Origin: a virus
Taxonomy: Duplodnaviria; Caudoviricetes
DNA: 57,218 bases
Strand: one strand, 5' to 3'
IMG/VR virus record: IMGVR_UViG_3300033566_000030
Coordinates: 1-57,218 of that record
Positions 7,994 through 14,239 of this stretch are shown here, one piece after another. Numbering within the stretch: the first letter of the stretch is position 1; the number at the start of each line of letters is the position of its first letter. The position numbers and the translations under genes were made by a program. Under the pieces are notes generated by a model that ran no database searches, was not told the DNA's origin, and was given only the letters and a program-made list of their open reading frames with translations.

Positions 7994-7997
7994 ATTT

Positions 7998-8069
7998 GGG
8001 ACTATAGCTCAGCAGGTAGAGCACGGGATTGAAGATCCCGCCGCACTGGTTCGATTCCGGTTAGTCTCA
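7998..8069 (+). tRNA. tRNA-Phe(GAA)
   Basis: Cloverleaf; CGGGA-TTGAAGA-TCCCG. Confidence 0.92.
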
Positions 8070-8075
8070 CAGAAT

Positions 8076-8160
8076 GGGAGTACTGCTAAGAAGGTGGATT
8101 AGCACTGGTCTGTAACACCAGTACAAGGAAACACAAATGGTTCGAATCCATTTACTCTCA
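8076..8160 (+). tRNA. tRNA-Tyr(GTA)
   Basis: CTGGT-CTGTAAC-ACCAG; long variable region. Confidence 0.88.
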
Positions 8161-8165
8161 CATAA

Positions 8166-8247
8166 GGAAGATAGCGTGCGATGGTGCACATCCGGTCTTG
8201 AACACCGGCGCGGTCCTATGGACAGGGTTCGACTCCTATATCTTCCG
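8166..8247 (+). tRNA. tRNA-Ser(TGA)
   Basis: CCGGT-CTTGAAC-ACCGG; variable arm; G73. Confidence 0.88.
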
Positions 8248-8258
8248 CAAAATTAAAT

Positions 8259-8330
8259 ACGAGTATGGTGCAGTGGCTAGCACAGCAGTCTCCAAAACTG
8301 TTGACGGAAGTTCGAATCTTTCTACTCGTG
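8259..8330 (+). tRNA. tRNA-Trp(CCA)
   Basis: GCAGT-CTCCAAA-ACTGT. Confidence 0.92.
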
Positions 8331-8335
8331 CAAAT

Positions 8336-8407
8336 GGAACTATGGATGAGTGGTTTAGTCCCCGGTCTGCAAAACTGGTTACGTTTGTTCGAATCAAACT
8401 AGTTCCT
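8336..8407 (+). tRNA. tRNA-Cys(GCA)
   Basis: CCGGT-CTGCAAA-ACTGG; U73. Confidence 0.92.
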
Positions 8408-8411
8408 CTAT

Positions 8412-8495
8412 AGAAGATAAACCTACTCGGGTAGGAGCAGCCTGCTAAGCTGTCTGGTCGCTATTGTGACTGTGGATCAGGGCCACTATCTTCTG
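8412..8495 (+). tRNA. tRNA-Ser(GCT), atypical T-loop
   Basis: GCAGC-CTGCTAA-GCTGT; variable arm; T-loop reads ATCAGGG. Confidence 0.75.
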
Positions 8496-8500
8496 CAAAT

Positions 8501-8574
8501 ACCTGTGTGGGCAAACGGCAAAGTCGCTTGACTTAGGATCAAGAGTTTTGAGGGTTCGACTCCCTCCATGGGTA
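8501..8574 (+). tRNA. tRNA-Leu(TAG), short variable loop
   Basis: CTTGA-CTTAGGA-TCAAG. Confidence 0.88.
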
Positions 8575-8654
8575 CAATAAAATGTTTAAACTATTTTGGT
8601 TTAAACTTCTGTTCTTTGAAATATTCTGATATCTTTGTGGTTCAATAAACCAAC

Positions 8655-9168
8655 ATGATAATAGATCCAAATTTTCAGACTCCGTTACCGGTAGTTGACC
8701 ACATGATCAGTATGATTCCAATAGGTGCAAAAACTGTACTAGAACCTTCTCCCGGATTAGGAAATATTGTCTCCAGACTTGGAGATTATGAAGTAACTGC
8801 TGCAGATGATTTTCTTTCTCCTGGATAGGAGTAAGCGCTATGATGCTGTTGTTATGAATCCACCATTCTCGGATAAGAGTGGGTTCATGGATAATGCGCC
8901 GGCTGAACTTAAGGAGAACAAGGGAATGCGTCTGGGTTATTACTTTTTACTGGAGTGCATGAAGATGAGTGATAATGTGATTGCCCTCATGCCATGGTTT
9001 ACATTAACAGATAGTGATCGTAGACTGCAGGCTTTAGAAGCTTATGGTATCAAATCTGTTACTTCTTTACCACGTAAGACCTTTGAATATGCACGCATTC
9101 AAACATGCATCATTCACTTACAAAAGGGTTACAAAGGTATCAGTATGTTTGACGTATTCAAATACTAA
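8655..9168 (+). pseudogene. N6-adenine DNA methyltransferase split by a +1 frameshift near 8810
   Basis: Frame from ATG 8655 has motif I (VLEPSPGLG); the 8806 frame has motif IV (VMNPPF); removing one T from 8810-8813 joins them. Confidence 0.8.
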
Positions 9169-9172
9169 CTTA

Positions 9173-9233
9173 TCTGTCCGAAGGTTATGAGGATGCCTCC
9201 TCCTGTAGGTTCATAAAGTAGACAGAAACAGGA
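9173..9233 (+). ncRNA. Small structured RNA with a potential pseudoknot
   Basis: Nested stems TCTGTC/GACAGA and TTATGA/TCATAA; loop TCCTGT complementary to 3' ACAGGA. Confidence 0.35.
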
Positions 9234-9236
9234 AAT

Positions 9237-9315
9237 GCTCCAGTGGCGTAACGGTAGCCGCGCAGGACTTAAAATCCTGTCTTAATTGGTGCGGGTTCAA
9301 GTCCCGCCTGGAGTA
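9237..9315 (+). tRNA. tRNA-Leu(TAA)
   Basis: CAGGA-CTTAAAA-TCCTG. Confidence 0.9.
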
Positions 9316-9346
9316 CTACTTTCAAGATTTTTTTGTATATTAGAAG

Positions 9347-9562
9347 ATGGGAGATTTTCTAAAATGGTTTTTTACTACACACATGCATCCTACGAGGATC
9401 ATAGTATGGAGAGAACTTTTCATGAATCTCATTACACTGATATTCGTTGTAACCTATGCCTATCTTGAGATTCGAGGTGCTGATGCAGCTACGATTACTA
9501 ATCTAAGAATGATCTTACTCTTCGTTCTTGGGTATTATTTCAACAGAAACTCGAAGCACTAA
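9347..9562 (+). CDS. Small two-TM membrane protein
   Basis: 71 aa; TATATTAG element at 9336-9343; ends VLGYYF. Confidence 0.65.
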   Translation: MGDFLKWFFTTHMHPTRIIVWRELFMNLITLIFVVTYAYLEIRGADAATITNLRMILLFVLGYYFNRNSKH

Positions 9563-9614
9563 GAAAAATATTTGGCTGATTTTCACAAAGTTATACTAAC
9601 ATACAAAAGATTTT

Positions 9615-9645
9615 TTTGGTAGCTCAAAAACTTACAGTACATTTG
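9615..9645 (+). promoter_or_regulatory. Bacteroidota housekeeping-type promoter for tRNA array 2
   Basis: TTTG (9615-9618), 19 nt, TACATTTG (9638-9645); ATG follows 5 nt later. Confidence 0.8.
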
Positions 9646-9650
9646 CCACG

Positions 9651-9761
9651 ATGAAACAAGTACAACATATAGCAAATCAAGTGGCGAAAGCCATGATTAC
9701 GCGCAGAGACGGGGTTGAACCGTTATGCCCGGAGGCTTTATATGCAGTATTTGAATTATAA
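9651..9761 (+). CDS. Attenuator leader peptide 2 (MKQVQHIANQVAKAMITRRDGVEPLCPEALYAVFEL)
   Basis: 36 codons; the first 24 contain all 14 amino acids of array 2 and none of L/F/S/Y/C/W; CGGAGGCTTT is complementary to the terminator 5' arm. Confidence 0.8.
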   Translation: MKQVQHIANQVAKAMITRRDGVEPLCPEALYAVFEL

Positions 9762-9789
9762 CACGAAAGTCATAACTCAAAATATAGCG

Positions 9790-9823
9790 AAAAGCCTCTG
9801 ATAATCTCAGGGGCTTTTTTTTT
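9790..9823 (+). terminator. Attenuator terminator ahead of tRNA array 2
   Basis: AAAAGCCTCTGA-TAATC-TCAGGGGCTTTT with a 9-T run. Confidence 0.85.
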
Positions 9824-9837
9824 GTTCTTTAAAATAA

Positions 9838-9910
9838 CGAGATATGGCGAAGTCGGTATCGCGCCTGGTTTGGGACCAGGAGAACGTAGGTTCGAACCCT
9901 GCTATCTCGA
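9838..9910 (+). tRNA. tRNA-Pro(TGG)
   Basis: CCTGG-TTTGGGA-CCAGG. Confidence 0.92.
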
Positions 9911-9935
9911 CATTAATAAATCGTTCTTTAATAAT

Positions 9936-10010
9936 GGGCTGTTGGCGGAGATAGGCGAGCGCACTTCCTTTGCAAGGAAGAACACAGGGGTTCAAGTCCC
10001 TTACGGTCCA
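9936..10010 (+). tRNA. tRNA-Ala(TGC)
   Basis: CTTCC-TTTGCAA-GGAAG; G3-U70 pair present. Confidence 0.9.
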
Positions 10011-10108
10011 CATGTAAAAAAAATTCTCTCTGGGTGACCTGGCACATACCAAGCCTTAAGCGCCGAACCTGGGACCGGAATGCAGTAGCACATAGGAGAG
10101 ACACATTA

Positions 10109-10148
10109 GCAGGAATAGCTCATTCGGTAGAGCGTCAGCCTTCCAAGC
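10109..10148 (+). pseudogene. 5' fragment of tRNA-Gly(TCC), truncated just after the anticodon loop
   Basis: GCAGGAA-TA-GCTC..GAGC-G-TCAGC-CTTCCAA-GC, then unrelated sequence. Confidence 0.8.
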
Positions 10149-10192
10149 AAAAATAAGTTTGGAAGGACAAAAAATAGATGTATCTTTGTTGT

Positions 10193-10612
10193 ATGAATAA
10201 GATATGTTGTACGTGTAAAGAAAATCTTCCTGCTGATAAGTTCAGCATTAGGAAGGATAGAAAAAAACCTTATTTACAGAGCTCTTGTAAAGAGTGTCAT
10301 AGTAAATATAGAAAAGAGCATTATGAAAACAATAGGGTAAAATACATTAAGAAAGCCAGTGTAAATAGACGTTCTTTGAGAGATTGGCTTACTGAGTACA
10401 AAAAAGGATTGTCTTGTGAACAATGTTCTGAAGATAGATTTTGGGTTTTAGAATTTCATCATACAGATCCTTCAAAAAAGGAAGGAGAGATTTCTTTTCT
10501 TGCCAAAAAAGGTAACAAAAAGAAAATCGAAGAAGAGATTAAAAAATGCATAGTTCTATGTGCGAATTGTCATAGAGATTTGCACTATAAACAAAAAGCA
10601 GGAAACGCATAA
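10193..10612 (+). CDS. HNH endonuclease with N-terminal Zn-finger
   Basis: CxxC motifs, LEFHH, LCANCH; promoter TTTG 10158 / TATCTTTG 10181-10188 favours ATG 10193. Confidence 0.85.
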   Translation: MNKICCTCKENLPADKFSIRKDRKKPYLQSSCKECHSKYRKEHYENNRVKYIKKASVNRRSLRDWLTEYKKGLSCEQCSEDRFWVLEFHHTDPSKKEGEISFLAKKGNKKKIEEEIKKCIVLCANCHRDLHYKQKAGNA

Positions 10613-10674
10613 CAGGTGGTGCACCAGACTTCCAATCTGGACTAGAGCGAGTTCGAGCCTCGCTTCCTGCTCCA
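10598..10674 (+). tRNA. tRNA-Gly(TCC), overlapping the HNH stop codon
   Basis: GCAGGAA/TTCCTGC-T-CCA; CCAGA-CTTCCAA-TCTGG. Confidence 0.88.
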
Positions 10675-10846
10675 AACGGTAGACCTCCGCGAAAGGTACG
10701 CCGGGAAAAATATGAAGATCTCAAGGTCTGGATGATAGAAAATCTGGATTGAATGAAGAAGGGTTAAAGGCCCTGACCCTACACTATCGAGGGTTATGTT
10801 TGCAAAAGCTTCGTTGTCTTGAAGTAGTATTTTTCCAAAGCAATTT

Positions 10847-10921
10847 AGCTTGTCGGTCCAGTCTGGAGTGGACGCCGCACTGTCACTGCGGAGATCAGGG
10901 GTTCAAATCCCCTACGAGCTG
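10847..10921 (+). tRNA. tRNA-Asp(GTC)
   Basis: CCGCA-CTGTCAC-TGCGG. Confidence 0.92.
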
Positions 10922-10924
10922 CAA

Positions 10925-10999
10925 GAGGAATGGATATAGGTTCGAATCCTATTGCATCAGCGAAAGCCGATGTATCGTTTAACGGTAAGACAGTTCCTT
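10925..10999 (+). ncRNA. Circularly permuted tRNA mimic (YrlA/Y-RNA-like topology)
   Basis: Order: stem GAGGAAT, T-arm ATAGG-TTCGAAT-CCTAT, acceptor stem closed by GC-GAAA-GC, D-arm GTTT-AACGGTA-AGAC, then GTTCCTT. Confidence 0.75.
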
Positions 11000-11006
11000 A
11001 TTTTAT

Positions 11007-11078
11007 TACTCCTTAGCTCAGCGGTAGAGCAGTGCCCTGTTAAGGCAAAGGTCGTAGGTTCAATCCCTCCAGGAGTAG
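11007..11078 (+). tRNA. tRNA-Asn(GTT)
   Basis: TGCC-CTGTTAA-GGCA. Confidence 0.88.
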
Positions 11079-11087
11079 CAGAAATAT

Positions 11088-11159
11088 TCACACGTAGCTC
11101 AACGGTGGAGCACCACACTGATAATGTGGCGGATGTCGGTTCGAATCCAGCCGTGTGAA
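11088..11159 (+). tRNA. tRNA-Ile(GAT)
   Basis: CCACA-CTGATAA-TGTGG. Confidence 0.9.
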
Positions 11160-11165
11160 CATAAT

Positions 11166-11240
11166 ACCAGAATAGCTCAGTTGGTTCAGAGCAGATCCCT
11201 TACAAGGATAAGGTCGGGAGTTCGAATCTCTCTTTTGGTA
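11166..11240 (+). tRNA. tRNA-Val(TAC)
   Basis: ATCC-CTTACAA-GGAT. Confidence 0.9.
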
Positions 11241-11325
11241 CATAAACGATGATAATTTAAACTTGTAATGTTTACACTAAAGAGATACAAAGCAATAAAG
11301 GTTAGGATAAGATCCTAATCACTAT

Positions 11326-11396
11326 TCCTTTGTAGCTCAATGGTAGAGCTTGCGGCTTTTAACCGTAAGATCCAAGTTCGATTCTTGGCAGGGGAA
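11326..11396 (+). tRNA. tRNA-Lys(TTT)
   Basis: TGCGG-CTTTTAA-CCGTA. Confidence 0.92.
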
Positions 11397-11410
11397 CTTT
11401 AAAAAGATTT

Positions 11411-11484
11411 CTCTCCGTAGCTTAATTGGATGAAGCAGCTGCCTTCTAAGCAGCAGATTACAAGTTCGAGTCTTGTCGGAGAGA
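11411..11484 (+). tRNA. tRNA-Arg(TCT)
   Basis: GCTGC-CTTCTAA-GCAGC. Confidence 0.92.
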
Positions 11485-11487
11485 CAA

Positions 11488-11559
11488 GCGCCCTTAGCTC
11501 AAAGGCGGAGCAGGACACTCATAATGTCAAGGGTGCAGGTTCGATTCCGGCAGGGCGCA
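11488..11559 (+). tRNA. tRNA(CAT), probably Ile2 (lysidine type)
   Basis: GACA-CTCATAA-TGTC; acceptor GCGCCCT with C4-G69 and C5-G68 as in Ile2 tRNAs. Confidence 0.8.
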
Positions 11560-11571
11560 CAAGAAATATAA

Positions 11572-11645
11572 TGCGGGGTAGAGGAGCGGCCGTCCTCGTG
11601 AGACTCATAACCTCAACATCGCTGGTTCGAATCCAGCTCCCGCAA
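11572..11645 (+). tRNA. tRNA-Met(CAT)
   Basis: TGCGGGG acceptor resembles initiator tRNAs, but the anticodon stem lacks three consecutive G-C pairs. Confidence 0.85.
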
Positions 11646-11715
11646 CAAAAGGATTAATGAGTGCCTGATAAAAAGCAGAGAATATAATACCAGGTTCTCT
11701 GCGGTCCTTTTAAAT

Positions 11716-11787
11716 GTTCCTGTCTTCTAATGGTTAGGATAGAGCCCTTTCACGGCACTGATACGAGTTCGATCCTCGTCGGGAATA
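11716..11787 (+). tRNA. tRNA-Glu(TTC)
   Basis: GCC-CTTTCAC-GGC. Confidence 0.88.
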
Positions 11788-11792
11788 CATAA

Positions 11793-11865
11793 GCCGAAAT
11801 AGCTCAACGGTAGAGCTCCTGTTTTGTAAACAGGAGGTTTGTAGGTTCGAATCCTATTTTCGGCT
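11793..11865 (+). tRNA. tRNA-Thr(TGT)
   Basis: CCTGT-TTTGTAA-ACAGG. Confidence 0.92.
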
Positions 11866-11880
11866 CTTTTAATAAGATGT

Positions 11881-11955
11881 GGGGTCTTTAGTTTAAGGGT
11901 AGAACACTGGCTTGTGATGCCGGATATCTGAGTTCGAGTCTCAGTTGGCCTCCCA
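11881..11955 (+). tRNA. tRNA-His(GTG)
   Basis: CTGGC-TTGTGAT-GCCGG; G-1/C73 and encoded CCA; weak acceptor stem. Confidence 0.82.
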
Positions 11956-11965
11956 TCTTATAAAT

Positions 11966-12037
11966 AGTTTCCTCGTCCAACGGATAGGACATTAGACTAC
12001 GGATCTAAAAATAAGCGTTCGAGTCGCTTGGAGACTA
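11966..12037 (+). tRNA. tRNA-Arg(ACG)
   Basis: TTAGA-CTACGGA-TCTAA. Confidence 0.9.
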
Positions 12038-12042
12038 CTTAT

Positions 12043-12113
12043 TAGCCTATAGTTTAATGGCAGAACGGTTGGTTTTGATCCAACAAATCGTGGTTCGAGT
12101 CCGCGTCGGCTAA
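12043..12113 (+). tRNA. tRNA-Gln(TTG)
   Basis: GTTGG-TTTTGAT-CCAAC. Confidence 0.9.
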
Positions 12114-12178
12114 CTTTCTCTCCTCAATGTTTGGTTCTTTCGCATCTTTTGTTTATATTAGTATAAACAGACTACTTC

Positions 12179-14011
12179 ATGGATTCAATAAACTTTACAG
12201 CATGGGTAGCACAACAAAGAATCTTACAAGCTTCTGATATTGTTGCTGCAGATGACCTGTTAATCATAGGTAAAAAAATAAGTAAAAATCGTAGTGGAAG
12301 AGGTTATGAAGAGTTCGTTATAAGTGTAGCGGATTTTTTCTCTTCAGTTGGAAACGGATATACTTTTGTACAAGATGAAGGTATAACTCTTCCACAAAGA
12401 ACAACAATGAATTTTGTTGGTACTGGAGTAACTACTTCTGATATTGGAGGTAAAACGACAATTACTATCGCAGCTGGTGGTCATGCTATAGAAGATGAAG
12501 GTGTTGCTTTAATCAGCCGTCCTATCATGAATTTCGTGGGTGCTGGTGTTGCTGTTACTGATACCGGTGGTAAAACTTTGGTAACTATAGCAGGAGCTCA
12601 TATCATAGAAGATGAAGGGGTTCCTTTAGGAACACAAAGAACTTCTTTGAACTTTACCGGTAATATGGTTTCTGTATTCGATAATGCGGGTAAGACGGAG
12701 GTTAATATTAATCTTTCTATCATGAGAAAGGTTATTTATGTTGATGGTATTAATGGTAACAATGCTTTAGCAGCTGCTAATCTATACGATCAAAAATACG
12801 CGTTTCTTACTTATAACGCAGCTCATGCTGCAGCTGCACAAAACGATACCATTATTCTTTTACCCGGATCTGCTTATACTTGGAACGGTGGTCAGATATT
12901 CAGAAACGGTGGAGCCATTGAAATCATGAAAGGTGCGACTCTTACTTGGATATGGACTCCTGGTGCAATTACTGGAAATACAGGAGACTCTTTCACTATT
13001 TATGGTGAAGGTACTTTTAGTATGAACAATACCATTGATGCTACAGATCCAGCAGGTAATAAAACTTTCAACATCTTTGTTGATACATTCAATATTACTG
13101 CAGGTAATGGTATTTGTTTCGCTCGTGGTTTCATGAAGTTCAACATCGATGTTAATGTTTGTAACTTTAATACGGTTAGTGCTGCAGGTTTCTTTACAGC
13201 AGAAGCGCCAATCTTGAAATTCAAGTGTAATAAAGCAAACTGGGATACTCCATCATTCCCAGGATTTGTATTTAGTGCTCTTTCTGCATCAACAGATGAA
13301 TCTACTTTTGATATCGAAGTGATGAATATCACACGCGGTGGTTTATTCCAGGTACAACTTGGAACAAGTCAAAATTACAAGATTCGTGTAAAAGGTAAGA
13401 TCAACAGTACTTCAAGTGCACCGGCAGCTGTTGGTGTAATTACAACATCTCAATCACCTGCAGGAACCATAAACTCAGAAGCTGATATCGAATGTACAGG
13501 AAGTTCTTTCCCTTATTACATTACAGGTGGTAGTCGTGTGAGTATCCAAGGAACTGTAAAAAGCAATCCTCCTGCTCAGAACCAATCAGCAATCTTAGTA
13601 GATAATGCTTCTGCTGAGGTAATCGTCCGAAATGCAAACGTATTTGGGAACAGACTTGCTGGTGGAGCTATTTGGGCTGTAAGAGGCCTTGTAATGATTG
13701 AAGAATCAACGGTTACGAACGAGGCTTCTGTATCAGGTACAAGTTATGCAGTACAAGTTGGTCCAAATGGAATCAGTTCAGCAGGTTTAATAAAAACTCT
13801 TCTGAAAAGCGTAGTTCTTTTATCAGATCCTGTAACAGGAAATGCTGGAACAGCTCCTACAATATATGTGGATCAGCCTTCCGGAAATCAAGTGATTCAA
13901 TATTTAGGAACAGTTACAGCAAACGGTATAGAATCGGCTAACGTTACAGAAGAATTAGGATTCTACACTTTCTGGCAAGGTGTGACTGTATCAAGAATAC
14001 CGAAAGTATAA
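12179..14011 (+). CDS. Tail fibre / receptor-binding protein
   Basis: Three tandem ~39-aa repeats (IEDEGV..R..MNFVG.GV...D.GGKT..TI), then IYVDG and a beta-helix-like region. Confidence 0.65.
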   Translation: MDSINFTAWVAQQRILQASDIVAADDLLIIGKKISKNRSGRGYEEFVISVADFFSSVGNGYTFVQDEGITLPQRTTMNFVGTGVTTSDIGGKTTITIAAGGHAIEDEGVALISRPIMNFVGAGVAVTDTGGKTLVTIAGAHIIEDEGVPLGTQRTSLNFTGNMVSVFDNAGKTEVNINLSIMRKVIYVDGINGNNALAAANLYDQKYAFLTYNAAHAAAAQNDTIILLPGSAYTWNGGQIFRNGGAIEIMKGATLTWIWTPGAITGNTGDSFTIYGEGTFSMNNTIDATDPAGNKTFNIFVDTFNITAGNGICFARGFMKFNIDVNVCNFNTVSAAGFFTAEAPILKFKCNKANWDTPSFPGFVFSALSASTDESTFDIEVMNITRGGLFQVQLGTSQNYKIRVKGKINSTSSAPAAVGVITTSQSPAGTINSEADIECTGSSFPYYITGGSRVSIQGTVKSNPPAQNQSAILVDNASAEVIVRNANVFGNRLAGGAIWAVRGLVMIEESTVTNEASVSGTSYAVQVGPNGISSAGLIKTLLKSVVLLSDPVTGNAGTAPTIYVDQPSGNQVIQYLGTVTANGIESANVTEELGFYTFWQGVTVSRIPKV

Positions 14012-14034
14012 ACTAATATATAAAAGCAAATATC

Positions 14035-14214
14035 ATGACCATCGTAGTAAAAAAAATCGCAAGCGAAGGAGCTGAAGAAAAGTTAGATGTAGCATTGGTT
14101 TTAAATGAACCAACAGCTATAGCAATAGCTGAGTTTGAAGCAACTTCACTTACTGTACAGGAACAAGCTATAGTAACAGCATTTATAGACTTAGTAAAAG
14201 CTAAGGCTGTTTAA
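14035..14214 (+). CDS. Small hypothetical protein (59 aa), possible fibre chaperone
   Basis: Translated by hand: MTIVVKKIASEGAEEKLDVALVL...FIDLVKAKAV*. Confidence 0.6.
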   Translation: MTIVVKKIASEGAEEKLDVALVLNEPTAIAIAEFEATSLTVQEQAIVTAFIDLVKAKAV

Positions 14215-14239
14215 TATTTATTACTTAATACCATAAGCC

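Noticed and set aside
8166-9315. tRNAs with TGA, TAG and TAA anticodons as possible stop suppressors
   Set aside because: Read 5'-3' these anticodons decode TCA (Ser), CTA (Leu) and TTA (Leu); suppressors would need TCA, CTA or TTA anticodons, which are absent.
10050-10090. Resemblance of AAGCCTTAAGCG / AGCGCCGAAC / GGACCGGAA to pistol, glmS or SRP RNAs
   Set aside because: The required partner elements (pistol pseudoknot strand, glmS GACGAGG, paired SRP GGAA stem) are missing.
10109-10674. Group I intron in the tRNA-Gly anticodon loop
   Set aside because: No room for a catalytic core outside the ORF, and the downstream tRNA is complete on its own.
7998-12113. Six-frame ORFs over the tRNA arrays (8198, 9286, 9807, 9822, 10539, 10749, 10952, 11430)
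   Set aside because: They overlap clear tRNA cloverleaves and have no protein motifs.
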